A stretch of DNA of 64,000 nucleotides from Polyangiales bacterium (GTDB lineage: Bacteria; Myxococcota_A; Polyangia; Polyangiales; Ga0077539): contig JBGARZ010000017.1 of assembly GCA_044229975.1 (NCBI GenBank), forward strand, positions 1 to 64,000, read 5' to 3'. This document shows, in pieces, positions 1 to 10,675 of the stretch. The position numbers and the translations under genes were made by a program. The notes beneath the pieces were generated by a model. That model ran no database searches. It saw only the letters and a list, made by a program, of their open reading frames with translations, and was not told where the DNA came from. The first letter of the stretch is position 1. Each line of letters starts with the position of its first letter.

Positions 1-30
1 CGCAAGAACACCCGCCGGAAGAAGACCGCG

Positions 31-55
31 GGCTGACCCCGCAACGGGGTCAGCC
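31..55 (+). terminator. Perfect 11-bp stem-loop at the end of an upstream gene (possible terminator/RNA hairpin)
   Basis: GGCTGACCCCG-CAA-CGGGGTCAGCC overlaps the TGA (34-36) ending a frame that enters the window (RKNTRRKKTAG*). No U-tract follows. Confidence 0.4.
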
Positions 56-178
56 GACGGCGCGGCGGCGGGTCACGGCGCCGCCCGCCGCCCGCCGTCG
101 GGACCCATCAGAATTCTCCGCTTCCCCACGGTCACCAACAACCAAAGACCCACTCGGACGAAATCCAGGGAGACATTG

Positions 179-3100
179 ATGTCACGAGGCCGCTTCGATG
201 GGGAGTCCGCCGCGCGGGAAGAACTCGGGCACGAGCGTCGTCGGCCGCCCTGGTTGGAGCGCGAACATCGCCTCCCGTTCGGCCTCCTGGCCGACGACGA
301 GTTCGAGGTGTTCTGCTACCTGCTCCTGCTCCGCGAGTACCCCAACGATCGCATCTACTACTACGGCAAGACCGGGGACGCGGGGCGCGACATCGTTCAC
401 CACCGCGCGGACGGGACGATCGACCTCGTTCAATGCAAGCGCTACGGCTCGAACGTCGGCATCAACGACGTCAAGAGCGAGCTCGCCAAGCTGTGCGCGA
501 ACCTCCACTCCGGGCTCCTCACGGACCGCTTCGATCGCGTCGTGTTCTACGTGGCGACGGACCTCTCGGCGCCGGCCCAGGATCTGCTCAAGGCTCCGCG
601 CGGCTGGCAGCAAGCCGCCTCCAAGAGCCTGCGCGACCACCTCGGTGCCGTGCCCTCGGCGGCGCTCCGTGCGTTCGCCAAGTCCTGGCGCCCGCGGTTC
701 GAATGGGAGACCGGTCTCAAGCTCACCGCCCGAGCTCTCTCGCATCCCGACCTCGTCGAGGAGTTCTTCGCGACGCGCAAAGTCGTGGATGCAAGCGCGC
801 TCTCGCCGCTCCTCGACCTGAGCCGCGAAACGCGCGCAAAGGTCGACACGCTGCTCGCGCGATCGGACGTGCCGCGGACGATCGTCCCGTCCTTTGAGGG
901 GCCCGGCGGAGGCCCGGCCCTGCCGGTCCCACGCTTCTTCGGGCGGGAGAGCGAACTGGCGGCGCTCCGTGACGCGCTCCGCGGGGAGAGCGCATCGGTC
1001 GGCGCCCTAGTGACGGGCCTCGGCGGGGTGGGCAAGACCGCGCTCGTCCACCACTTCGTCGCGACCTTGGCAAGGGATCTGTTTCCGGACGGCGTGTGGT
1101 GGCTGAACGCGCACGCGCTAACCACGGAGTTGCAGCGGATGCTCCGGCAGTTGGGGCGCGCGGACGTGGCGTCCCTCCCCGAGGACGAGGTCCGCGCAAC
1201 ACTCGCCCGCGACCTTCATGAACTGCGTGCGCTCGTCGTCCTCGACGACGTCGACCCAAGCGAGGTCGACCCGCGACGGCTGCTCCTCCCAGGAGGTCGG
1301 TCTCGAACCGTTTGCACCTCGCGGATCACGACCCTCGGGGAGCAGATCGGCGCATCGATCACATGCGTTGCCCTAGGTTGCTGGGACCTCCATACGGCAC
1401 GCGAATATCTCCGCAGCGCTCCCGCGCCAGTCTCAACATCCGACGGCGAGCTGGAGGCGCTCGCGGAGCACGTCGGCCGCCTCCCCCTCGCGCTCCAGTT
1501 GCTCACGTGGTGGCTGCGGCGGCGCGGCGTCACGATCGAGGCCTTGCGCGCCAAACTGTCCCGCGACTCGCTCGGAACGCTGGACCGCTTCGCGAAGGAG
1601 GTCGGCCGCGGCGTCGCGGAGACCTTTCTCGTCACATTCGAGAGCCTCTCCTTCCTCGAACGTACGGTCCTTCTCTCGCTCGCCGCCTGCGCTCAGGGAA
1701 CGAGCGCGGCCACAGTCGCAGCTGTCGCGGGCACGAGCCTAGAAGAAGCCATCGACGCCCTCGGCGAGCTGTTCGAGCGCTCGCTCGTGGAGCACACCGA
1801 GAACGCCGACCACCCCTGGGGCGTGCACGACCTCGTGCGCCTCTTCCTCCAAGCGCAGGAGCGGGCGGAGGACTACGAGGTCGCTCACCGGAACTACTTC
1901 CGCAAACGTTTGGAGGCGCTCTGGCGCGCGGACGCGACGCTCCAGTTCGACGAACTGGTGCCGGAGGCATTGGCCGCGACCGACCGAGCGCTCGCACGAT
2001 CGCACTGGCGTGAGGCGTGGGAGATCCTTGCGACCGTTGAGCAGCGGCTCCGACGAAGCGAGCGCCACGCGGAGCTGGTCATCCGCTACGAGCGCATGCT
2101 CGCCCTCATGCCGTCCGACGAGCCCGAGAGTGGGGTCATCGCGGGCAACCTTGGCCTCTGTTACCGCTCGCTCGCGCAGTACGAACGAAGCGCGACACTG
2201 CTCACGCGCGCTCTGGAGAGCGCGACGCGTTTGAAGGACCGCAGGGAGGAGGCCACCCAGCTCTCGAACCTCGCGATCTGCGAGAGCGTTCGAGGCCACA
2301 CCCATCGCGCGCTGGACCTCTCGCGGCGCTCGTTCGAGATCGCTGTCGAACTCGGGGAGGCGCGCCTCGCGGTGAGTGCCCTGTCGAACCTCTCGACCTG
2401 CTACATGACCCTCGGCGCGTTGCCCGACGCGGCGACGAATCTGCAGAAAGCGCTCACGCTCGCCGAACGCCACGGATGGAAGGACGAGCAATCGACCGCC
2501 TTGACGAACCTGGGCATCTGCGAGCGGCGCCTCGGACGCATTCCGGAAGCGATCGCGCTCTTCGAACGCGTGCTCGCGCTGGAAGAACAACTCGGGAGCG
2601 TGAGCGGCGTCGCTGGCGCACATGGGAACCTCGGCAACTGCTATGGCCAGCTTGAGGACAGCCCGCGCGCGTTGGAGCATCTTCAGACCGCACTCTCGAT
2701 CGTCGAGCGCAGCGGGCGAGAGGACGGCATCGCGAACGCGCACAGCAATCTCGGCACTTGGCGTGCGAGCAGAGGCGAGTTCCACCTCGCCATCGGTCAC
2801 TTTCAGCGCTCCATGGAGATCGACGTGCGACTCGGACGCCCCGAGGGACAAGCTCTGACCCTTGGGAACCTGGGACACACCTACCTCCTGACCGAGGACT
2901 ACGTGCGCGCGACGACCTGCCTGGAGGCCGCGCTCGCGCTCGATGAGGCCTTGGGCCGAAAGGAAGGGATCGCAGATCACCTCCGCGATCTCGGCGCCTG
3001 CGCCTCCGAGCGGGGCGAGCCGCTCCGTGCCATCGCTCTCCTTCAGCGCGCGCTGACGATTGAGGAGACTCTCGGGGCACCTGAGCGTCAGGTTTCCGTC

Positions 3101-3385
3101 CTCGTCGTTCTCGGGCAGGCGTACGACCAGATTGGCCGTCCGGAAAAGGCGCTGGAGTGCCTGAAGTCCGCGCTGGCAAAGGCCGAGAGTTCGTCCACGG
3201 CGGCGAAGGACCCGAGGGTCTACATGCTGCGCATGCTCCTACTGGCTGTCCAAGCGGGGGCGCAATCCGCAGCCCCACCATCGTGGTCGAACGCGACGTC
3301 CGTGAACGAGGGCGCCCCAAGCTCGGGTGGTGCGATCGCCACGACGAACGTCCGTTCGAACCCTCCGAAGAATCGCCGATTGTAG
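179..3385 (+). CDS. Restriction-endonuclease-like (Mrr/PD-(D/E)xK) + NB-ARC/STAND NTPase + TPR protein; Avs/NLR-like antiviral candidate
   Basis: N-terminal DEFEVFC...GDAGRDIV...LVQCKRY nuclease motif, Walker A GLGGVGKT, Walker B LVVLDDV, GRLPLAL (GxP) motif and many C-terminal TPRs (GNLG/SNLG periodicity). GGGAG lies upstream of ATG179. Confidence 0.85.
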   Translation: MSRGRFDGESAAREELGHERRRPPWLEREHRLPFGLLADDEFEVFCYLLLLREYPNDRIYYYGKTGDAGRDIVHHRADGTIDLVQCKRYGSNVGINDVKSELAKLCANLHSGLLTDRFDRVVFYVATDLSAPAQDLLKAPRGWQQAASKSLRDHLGAVPSAALRAFAKSWRPRFEWETGLKLTARALSHPDLVEEFFATRKVVDASALSPLLDLSRETRAKVDTLLARSDVPRTIVPSFEGPGGGPALPVPRFFGRESELAALRDALRGESASVGALVTGLGGVGKTALVHHFVATLARDLFPDGVWWLNAHALTTELQRMLRQLGRADVASLPEDEVRATLARDLHELRALVVLDDVDPSEVDPRRLLLPGGRSRTVCTSRITTLGEQIGASITCVALGCWDLHTAREYLRSAPAPVSTSDGELEALAEHVGRLPLALQLLTWWLRRRGVTIEALRAKLSRDSLGTLDRFAKEVGRGVAETFLVTFESLSFLERTVLLSLAACAQGTSAATVAAVAGTSLEEAIDALGELFERSLVEHTENADHPWGVHDLVRLFLQAQERAEDYEVAHRNYFRKRLEALWRADATLQFDELVPEALAATDRALARSHWREAWEILATVEQRLRRSERHAELVIRYERMLALMPSDEPESGVIAGNLGLCYRSLAQYERSATLLTRALESATRLKDRREEATQLSNLAICESVRGHTHRALDLSRRSFEIAVELGEARLAVSALSNLSTCYMTLGALPDAATNLQKALTLAERHGWKDEQSTALTNLGICERRLGRIPEAIALFERVLALEEQLGSVSGVAGAHGNLGNCYGQLEDSPRALEHLQTALSIVERSGREDGIANAHSNLGTWRASRGEFHLAIGHFQRSMEIDVRLGRPEGQALTLGNLGHTYLLTEDYVRATTCLEAALALDEALGRKEGIADHLRDLGACASERGEPLRAIALLQRALTIEETLGAPERQVSVLVVLGQAYDQIGRPEKALECLKSALAKAESSSTAAKDPRVYMLRMLLLAVQAGAQSAAPPSWSNATSVNEGAPSSGGAIATTNVRSNPPKNRRL

Positions 3386-3762
3386 AAGCGTGGTCGTCGC
3401 GCACAAGGGCGTGCGTTCCGTGCAACGGCCGGCCGCACTGCCGCATGGTCAGCTCGGAGATCCTCACCGCCCATGCCGTGCCCAAGTGCACAGGAAACCC
3501 ATCACGACGCCATGCACGCAGGGCGAGCGTCGGGCCCGATCCCTTTGGCTCTCTCGCAAAGTCCGTGAATCACGCCGCCAGGAGAACCTGCCGTCGGAGC
3601 AGGTCCAGGTTGGCCCGGCCGTTCATCTGACGCTTCACAAGTTTGAGGCGTGTGATCTGGCCTTCGGACTGGGCGTTGCTCCAGGTCGTAGTCAGCGCCG
3701 CGTGAAGCGCGCTCTCGTTCTGCGCGAGGCTTGCCGCGAAGGTCTTCTGCAGCGGCAGGACC

Positions 3763-4175
<413 letters not shown>

Positions 4176-4422
4176 CTCGACCCGTGGGACGACATCCTCC
4201 TCCCGACGGCGCCAACGATCGCACGGAGTACGGCGTGCCACTCCGCGCCCAGGGTGAGCTCGAACTCCTCCGGGTTGAACTGGAAGCTGGAAGGGCAGCT
4301 CCTCGTTCGTCACGAGGTCCACCAGCTTTCCGCGGGCGACGGGGGGCATCGCTCTTCGCGCGGCGGTCAACGAAGCGAGGGCTGATCGTTCGCGTGCTAC
4401 GACCTTCGGCTGGAGGGACAGC

Positions 4423-5457
4423 ATGGATTGGCTCAAGACCCATTTCGGAAGAGTCGACGTCGCCGACGAGGCGTCACGATTGGCGCGTCAGTGGAAGGAG
4501 ACGAGGCACGGCAGTCCCGACGGATGGAGGGATCGGGTTGCGGACTGGATCGCGAGGGCCGGGCAAGGGTCCTGGCTCGCGGACGAGGGGCGGCAGGCCT
4601 TCGAAGTTTCGGCAGCGAAGGCGCGCGAGGCGGACCCTCAAAACGACCGGCTCCTCGCATGGCATCTGGAGGCGCTGGAGCGGGTCGTACGTTCGGACGG
4701 GCATGCCGCCGTCCGCGGCCGCACGGAGCCCGAGAGGCGGTTTGCGCTGGTCGAGCACGTGAGACGCGTCCCCGAGGGCTACATCGCGACCGAGCGTGGG
4801 ATCGAGGAAGACACGGGCTGGCGGAGGGAGGAGGTGGCGACCCTCATCGACTGGGCCCTCGATCGCGACTTGGTCAAGAAGAAGACGGGAGCGGCGGAGC
4901 GGGGGCGCCATCTTCTCGTTACGTCGTCGGGCCGCGAGTGGGCTGCTGAAGAGCCGAAGAACCTTGCGTCGGCCCAGCGGGGGCGCCGCGCGCAATCGGT
5001 CTCCGACTGGACGTTGGACCTGACCTTCGTGCGCGACCCCGAGGTGCGCGCAGTCCTCGAAGCGAAGGCTGCCGAGCTCGCGATCGCGAGGGAAGCGGTG
5101 CTTCCGATGGCATCGGTGGTTCTCGCCGGTGCGATCAGCGAGGGCATCCTCTACGACGCGCTGGTGGCGAGGAAGGCGCTCGCGATGGCATCGCCAAAAG
5201 CACCGAAGTGCAAGGGCGGCGTGAAGGACATCGAGGCGGAAGAATGGAAGTTCTTCGAGTACATCGAGGTGGCGGTCGACCTCGGCCTGCTGAAGCCCCA
5301 CTCGGCGCAGATGGTTCACAAGGTACTTCGCGAGTTCCGCAACATGATCCACCCGAAGTTGCAGGCGCAGAAGGACATGCGCCCCGAGGAACCCGAGATG
5401 AACGCGTGCATCGCGTGGCTTGAGGCGCTCGCGCGGGACGTCTCGCGCGCACCCTGA
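4423..5457 (+). CDS. Hypothetical protein with winged-helix-like middle and C-terminal HEPN/DUF4145-like domain
   Basis: GGAGG RBS. C-terminal LAGAISEGILYDAL...LREFRNMIHP carries the E and R(N)xxH pattern of HEPN-like helical domains. Confidence 0.6.
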   Translation: MDWLKTHFGRVDVADEASRLARQWKETRHGSPDGWRDRVADWIARAGQGSWLADEGRQAFEVSAAKAREADPQNDRLLAWHLEALERVVRSDGHAAVRGRTEPERRFALVEHVRRVPEGYIATERGIEEDTGWRREEVATLIDWALDRDLVKKKTGAAERGRHLLVTSSGREWAAEEPKNLASAQRGRRAQSVSDWTLDLTFVRDPEVRAVLEAKAAELAIAREAVLPMASVVLAGAISEGILYDALVARKALAMASPKAPKCKGGVKDIEAEEWKFFEYIEVAVDLGLLKPHSAQMVHKVLREFRNMIHPKLQAQKDMRPEEPEMNACIAWLEALARDVSRAP

Positions 5458-5644
5458 CTCCACCTCTCAGCCCGATCGTCCCTGCCGCAGGCGGTCGCTC
5501 TCGTTCTGTCGCGCAACGCCGGTCGCGAGCACGCGCCCGTCGACCACCAACTACACCGGCACAGGCAGGGCGGGCTGGACCTTGACGTTCACCGCCGGTG
5601 GCGCGGCCGGGCGTCCCGCGCCCACGACCGACCGCCCCGTCCGA

Positions 5645-5682
5645 ACCACCTCACCACCTCACCACCTCACCACCTCACCACC
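5645..5682. repeat. 8-bp tandem repeat (ACCACCTC)x4 plus partial
   Basis: Read directly from the sequence; intergenic. Confidence 0.9.
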
Positions 5683-5849
5683 ATGCAGTCTCGTCGCGAG
5701 GGGAGCTCAACCTCCGTCCGCGGGACGGCAGAACACCGCCTCCCGACCGTGCCTCGATACCTGGACTCACTCGTTGGGCGGTCTTGATCGCGGCGCTCCC
5801 TTCCTCGACACGCGACCGACCCCAGGCGTAGCGTGCCGTGGGAGGTGTC

Positions 5850-6499
5850 ATGAACGAAATCACCGCGCCATTTCACACGATTGCGACACGTCTCACTGCC
5901 ATCCGGGCCAAGCCCACCTTCACCGAAGCGGTGATGCTGCACACGTTCGCAGAGGTGTTGAGCGAGGGGCCTTGGCGGAGCCTGCAAGGCACGCCGCGCC
6001 TTCACCTGCGTCGCCTCAACCGCGGCGCGGATATCCTCGTGTCGGAGCCCAATACGGGCGTCCATTGCCTGGCGATCGAGCTGAAGGACCCCAATCGACA
6101 CCCCGAACTCAAGGTTGAGCACGTCGACCAGGCGCGGAACTACGCCAACGATCTGAAGTGTGCCTGTCTTCTGACCAACGGCTTTGAATACCGCGTCATC
6201 TACGCGGCCAGCGACGAGTACCCGTTCGCGGGCGACGGCCTGCAAGGCAGGCGGCGCAACCTACTCGCCTCCGACTTCTCGCTCGGCCATATCAACCCCC
6301 ACGCCTTCAACCAGCCTCTGGAAGGCCAGTTGCTGTCCATCGTCACGGCCGCAGCCGCCTCCCGCGCGACGACGGACCTCGTCTTCGCGCGACTGAATGC
6401 CCTCTCGAGGCCGCCGCCGGACCGCAACCTGCTGTCGGCGGTCCAACGCGAACCGATGTCCTTCCGGCGCCTCTCGGCCCCCCCGAAGGCTGAACCCGG
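5850..6499 (+). pseudogene. HsdR_N-like PD-(D/E)xK nuclease gene, 5' part (interrupted by IS21)
   Basis: GGAGG RBS at 5841. RGADIL...AIELK...QARNYA...LLTNG is the HsdR N-terminal motif set. The frame rejoins 10676-11027 when the IS is removed. Confidence 0.75.
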
Positions 6500-6620
6500 C
6501 TTTAGCGGCGCCCGATCCGTGACCCACCTCGCGGCGACGTCGTGACCCACCTGGCAGGTTCTCCCGCCGTGGCCGCGCGGCGGGATCGTGACCCACCCCC
6601 GGGCGTGGAGTGCTCCCGGG

Positions 6621-7052
6621 ATGCAGCCCCCCGAGCCTCCGCGTTGCACCCAGTGCCGGAAGCGGTTCGAGCCTCACCCGGCCACCCGCGGCACGCAGCG
6701 GGTCTGCGGCCCGGCGTGTCGCGCCCTGCGTGACAACGCCCTCGCGCGGCATCGCCGCGCTCTGCACCTCGACGCTGCCCGCGAGGACGAGCGCCTGCGC
6801 CAGCAGAAGCACCGCGCCGCGGCTCGCACCCCGGGTGCCGCGCCCGAGAAACCCCCGGACCCGCGGCCCTGTCACGCGCCAGGCTCCGCCGACAACCCAT
6901 TGAAACTCCAGCGTAAAATCCTCCAGATCTGGGACGAGGAGTCAGCCCTGTCACGCGCCAGGCTCGAGCGGAAATTCGCGAGGATTCTCGGTGAAATGGA
7001 GCCAAATTCTGGCGCGGAGCCCCCGGTGTCACGAGCCGGGCTCGGCGCGTAG
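6621..7052 (+). CDS. Small zinc-finger-like (CxxC...CxxxC) basic protein inside the IS
   Basis: RCTQCRKRFEPHPATRGTQRVCGPACR followed by a charged helix; paralogous to 12250-12612. Confidence 0.6.
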   Translation: MQPPEPPRCTQCRKRFEPHPATRGTQRVCGPACRALRDNALARHRRALHLDAAREDERLRQQKHRAAARTPGAAPEKPPDPRPCHAPGSADNPLKLQRKILQIWDEESALSRARLERKFARILGEMEPNSGAEPPVSRAGLGA

Positions 7053-7112
7053 ACGCCTTCGCTGGAAGGGGTTTCGTCGCGAAATCTGGGACATCCGGTC
7101 ACGAGCCAGGCT
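6866..7112 (+). repeat. Four spaced direct repeats, core GTCACG(C/A)GCC(A/G)GGCT
   Basis: Exact 21-mer GCCCTGTCACGCGCCAGGCTC at 6866 and 6945; variant cores at 7028 and 7098. Core spacing is 79, 78 and 70 bp. Confidence 0.8.
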
Positions 7113-7147
7113 GGGAATGGGTCACGAGGGGGCGCAAGACCGCGCTC

Positions 7148-8071
7148 ATGACCCGGTCGAGCACGGACACCGACGAGCGCATGGTCGCCACCGTCTCGCT
7201 CGGCGAGACCCTCGCGACCCTGCGGGTGCTCAGCGACGAGGCCGTGCGCCCGATGCAGCAGTCGCTCGAGCACCACGGGCAGCTCAGCGCGCTCGCGACG
7301 TACCGCGCCGAGGACGACACGCTCGAGGTCATCGACGGCTTCACCCGCCTGCGCGCCGCCCGCGCGCTCGGCTGGGGCGAGCTGCGGGTGCGCGTGCTCC
7401 CCATCGACGTCGTCGCCGCGACGGCCGCGCTCGCGACGCTCAACCGCGGTCACGCGCTGACGGAGCTGGAGGAGGCGTGGCTGTGCCGCGCGCTCTACCG
7501 CCAGCACAAGCTCACGCAGCCCGAGATCGGGCGCCTGCTGGGGCACGACAAGAGCTGGGTGTGTCGCCGGCTGACGCTCGCCGAGGGCCTGCACGAGCAG
7601 GTGCAGGCCGACGTGCGCCTGGGCCTCGTCGGCGCCCGCGTCGCGGCCGACCTCGGGCGGTTGTCACATGACAACCAGCCGATGGCCTCGGCCGTCGCCC
7701 AGCGCCGCGGGCTGACCGTCGCGCAGGCCGCGCGGATGGTGCAGACGGTGCTCGCGTTACCCGACGCCGAGGCGCGCGACCGCTGGCTCGCCGACGCCCT
7801 CGCGGAGCGCGCCCCGATCCTGCGCGCCGCCCCGGCGCCGCGGATGAAGACCGAGGCCGACCTCTTCCTCGGAGACATCGAGTCGGTCACGCGCATCGCC
7901 GCGCGGCTGCAGGTGCGGCTGCGCGACAAGCCGCTCCACGCCTTCGAGCCCGCGGTGACGGCGCTGCTCACCGAGGCGATGGGCGCGTCGGCGCCCGTGC
8001 TCACCCACCTCAGCGCGTCGATCGCCCGGGCGCTCGCAGGAAAGGATCTTCGAGATGCCGTCATGGAGTAG
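7148..8071 (+). CDS. ParB/Srx N-terminal domain + HTH protein (IS21 accessory)
   Basis: EVIDGFTRLRAA ParB box; HTH LTQPEIGRLLGHDKSWVCRRL; overlaps the istA start. Confidence 0.85.
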   Translation: MTRSSTDTDERMVATVSLGETLATLRVLSDEAVRPMQQSLEHHGQLSALATYRAEDDTLEVIDGFTRLRAARALGWGELRVRVLPIDVVAATAALATLNRGHALTELEEAWLCRALYRQHKLTQPEIGRLLGHDKSWVCRRLTLAEGLHEQVQADVRLGLVGARVAADLGRLSHDNQPMASAVAQRRGLTVAQAARMVQTVLALPDAEARDRWLADALAERAPILRAAPAPRMKTEADLFLGDIESVTRIAARLQVRLRDKPLHAFEPAVTALLTEAMGASAPVLTHLSASIARALAGKDLRDAVME

Positions 8072-9686
8072 CCGCGAGGAGCTCATTCATCAGGTCGTCA
8101 CGCTCACGCGCCAGGGGATGGGGGTGCGCTCCGTCGCACGCTCGCTCGGGGTCGCACGCAACACGGTGCGCAAGATCCTGGCGGGGCACGAGGCCACGCT
8201 CTCCGAGCCGCACAGCGCGCTGCCGGAGAAGCCCTCTCGTGTGCCGCGCGACACCAAGGTCACGCCGTGGGTCGATCGCATCATGGAGCTGCTGCGCAAG
8301 TACGAGGACATCACCGCGCAGCGGGTCTTCGAGACGCTCGGCGAGGAGGGCTACGAGGGCGGCTACACGGCCATCAAGGATCACGTCCGCGAGGTGCGCC
8401 CGCGCCCCGTCGTCACGCCGAGCCTGCCGACGCCCACGCACGGCCCGGGCGAGATGGCCGAGAGCGACTGGACGCCCTGCACGGTCCCGCTGATCGGAGG
8501 CGGTCGCCTCACGGTGCAGATCCACGGCTTCGTGCTCTGCCACAGCCGCCGCAAGGTCTTCCGGGCCTACGAGCGCTGCGACCTGCACGCGCTCATGGAC
8601 GCGCACGTCGCCACCTTCGCGCGTCTGGGCGGCGTCGCCGCGCAATGCAAGTACGACAATCAGAAGCCCGTCGTGCTCGGCTATGACGGCTCCAAGCCGC
8701 TCTACAATCCGCGCTTCCTGGCCTTCGCGACGTACTACGGCTTTCGGCCCATCGCGTGTCGCCCGAGGCGGCCCAACGACAAGCCGAAGGTCGAGAGAAG
8801 TTTCTGGGAGTACGAGCGATCCTTCCTCAACGGGCGGGAGTTTCGCGACGCCGAGGACTTCCGCGCGCAGCTCGCGCGCTGGCACGACAAGGTCTGCGAC
8901 CCGCGCGTCCACAAGAAGCTCAAGCGCCCGGTGATCGAGCTCTTCGCCGAGGAGGCGCCGTACCTCCAACCGCTGCCGCGGCACGCCTACGACACCGCGC
9001 GCGTCGCCTATCGGCTCTGCTCGATTGATGGCTTCGTCGCGTGGGACGGCAACCGCTACGCGGTCCCCTACGAGGCCATCTACGACATGCTCCCGATTCG
9101 CGTGACCGAGCGCGAGCTCTTCGTCTACGCGCCCGACCTCACGCTCCTCGCGCACCACGAGCTCGCGCCGCGCAGCGCGGGCCGGGACATCGCGCCGCCG
9201 GGGGTGCATCGCACGCCCACCCGCCGCGGCACCGACCTCGATCACCTCCGCGCGACCTTCGAAGATCTCGGCGACGACGCGACGGATTTCTTCATCGGCC
9301 TCTCTCGCCTCGGCACCCGACAGTGCGGCTACCAGGCGCGGCAGGTGCTCCTCCTGCGCGAGCGCTTCACGAGCGACGATCTCGCCCTCGCGCTCGGCCA
9401 CGCGAAGACCTACGGCGCCTTCGAGCACCGCGCCGTCGCCCGCATCCTGGAGGCCCGCGCGACCCCGCGCACCCTCGCCGAGTACGTCACCGAGGGCGCC
9501 GCCGATCGCGCGGAAGAGGCTCTCGGGCGGGCGGAGACGCGAGGCCGGGACCTCGACGAGTACGACCGACTCCCGGTCGTCGGCACCCGCCACAAGGAGG
9601 AGCCCCCATGGCCAGACAACGAGACGCCCCCGACCCCGGAGAGATGCTCGAACGACTGCGACGACACCTCGACGTCCTCGGACTGA
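8055..9686 (+). CDS. istA: IS21-family transposase IstA
   Basis: N-terminal HTH (VARSLGVARNTVRK); DDE motifs ESDW, YDNQK, KPKVER; GGYTAIK. Confidence 0.93.
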   Translation: MPSWSSREELIHQVVTLTRQGMGVRSVARSLGVARNTVRKILAGHEATLSEPHSALPEKPSRVPRDTKVTPWVDRIMELLRKYEDITAQRVFETLGEEGYEGGYTAIKDHVREVRPRPVVTPSLPTPTHGPGEMAESDWTPCTVPLIGGGRLTVQIHGFVLCHSRRKVFRAYERCDLHALMDAHVATFARLGGVAAQCKYDNQKPVVLGYDGSKPLYNPRFLAFATYYGFRPIACRPRRPNDKPKVERSFWEYERSFLNGREFRDAEDFRAQLARWHDKVCDPRVHKKLKRPVIELFAEEAPYLQPLPRHAYDTARVAYRLCSIDGFVAWDGNRYAVPYEAIYDMLPIRVTERELFVYAPDLTLLAHHELAPRSAGRDIAPPGVHRTPTRRGTDLDHLRATFEDLGDDATDFFIGLSRLGTRQCGYQARQVLLLRERFTSDDLALALGHAKTYGAFEHRAVARILEARATPRTLAEYVTEGAADRAEEALGRAETRGRDLDEYDRLPVVGTRHKEEPPWPDNETPPTPERCSNDCDDTSTSSD

Positions 9687-10438
9687 CGCACACGATCGCG
9701 CACCTCGAGGAGTACCTCGACTGGGCCACGCGAGAGCGCCCCGCGCCCAGCGCGCTGCTCGACCGGGTCTTCGGTGAGCAGGCGCAGGTGAAGCATGAGC
9801 GGCGCATCGAGCGGCGCATCGAGATGAGCGGGCTGCCCGAGCGCAAGACCCTCGAGAGCTTCGACTGGGCCTTCCAGCCGGGGCTCGATCGCAGCGTGGT
9901 GGTCGAGCTGGGCAACCTCGCGTGGGTGCGTCGCCAGGAGGACCTGATCCTCACGGGCAAGAGCGGCACGGGGAAGAGCCACCTGCTGATGGCCTTCGGG
10001 CTGCGCGCCTGCCAGCAGGGCCTGTCGGTGCGCTACGCCCGCTGCGTCGATCTGCTCGACGACCTCTACGCGGGCCTCGCGGACGGGAGCTATCACACAC
10101 GGCTCAAGCGATGGTGCGCGCCGGCGCTGCTCATCATCGACGACGTCGGCCTCGGGCAGGTCAAGAAGCGCGAGGACGAGCCGACCGCAGCGCACACGCT
10201 CTACAACCTGCTCGATCGTCGGCATGGCCATGCGGCGACGGCCATCACGTCGAACCTCAAGCTCAGCGCCTGGGGCCGCTATCTCGGCGACCCGACGCTG
10301 GCGGCGGCGATCCTCGACCGGCTCGCGATGCGGGCCCTGCGCCTCGACATCGACGGCCCGAGCTACCGCCAGCACGTCGGGCAGGAGCGTGCGCGCAAGC
10401 ATGGCGCCACCGTCCCCGACGACACGACCGACCCGTAG
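9608..10438 (+). CDS. istB: IS21 helper ATPase IstB
   Basis: AAGGAGG RBS; KTLESFDW, Walker A GKSGTGKS, LLIIDDVG, TSN, AILDRL, GPSYR. Confidence 0.93.
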   Translation: MARQRDAPDPGEMLERLRRHLDVLGLTHTIAHLEEYLDWATRERPAPSALLDRVFGEQAQVKHERRIERRIEMSGLPERKTLESFDWAFQPGLDRSVVVELGNLAWVRRQEDLILTGKSGTGKSHLLMAFGLRACQQGLSVRYARCVDLLDDLYAGLADGSYHTRLKRWCAPALLIIDDVGLGQVKKREDEPTAAHTLYNLLDRRHGHAATAITSNLKLSAWGRYLGDPTLAAAILDRLAMRALRLDIDGPSYRQHVGQERARKHGATVPDDTTDP

Positions 10439-10675
10439 CGCGTCGGCGACCCTCCTCAAGAAACCCAACCAGAACGGGCGCGTGTGTGCGACGAGTTTCG
10501 GACTCAGCCGGGCTGAGCCGAAGTCGCAGCGCGGTCGTGGCGCTCACGACGTGACCCGGGGGTGGGTCACGATCCCGCCGCCGCCACGGGGCGAGACCCG
10601 CTCCCCGCAACCCGAGGTGGGTCACGACAGAGCGCCGCAAGTGGGTCACGAAATGGGCGCCGCCAAAGAACCCGG

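Larger units (their letters stand above)
6500..10668 (+). mobile_element. IS21-family element (4169 bp) carrying a small CxxC ORF, a ParB-like gene, istA and istB
   Basis: Terminal inverted repeats CTTTAGCGGCGCCC / GGGCGCCGCCAAAG. Three subterminal GTGACCCAC boxes per end (6519, 6542, 6588; inverted at 10562, 10617, 10641). Target duplication AACCCGG at 6493-6499 and 10669-10675. Confidence 0.92.

Noticed and set aside
5645..5682. ACCACCTC tandem repeat as a phase-variation switch
   Set aside because: Intergenic, ~170 bp from the next start, with no promoter evidence.
6866..7126. Spaced direct repeats as a CRISPR array
   Set aside because: Only two exact copies, ~58-bp gaps, location inside an IS ORF and no cas genes; better explained as protein-binding sites.
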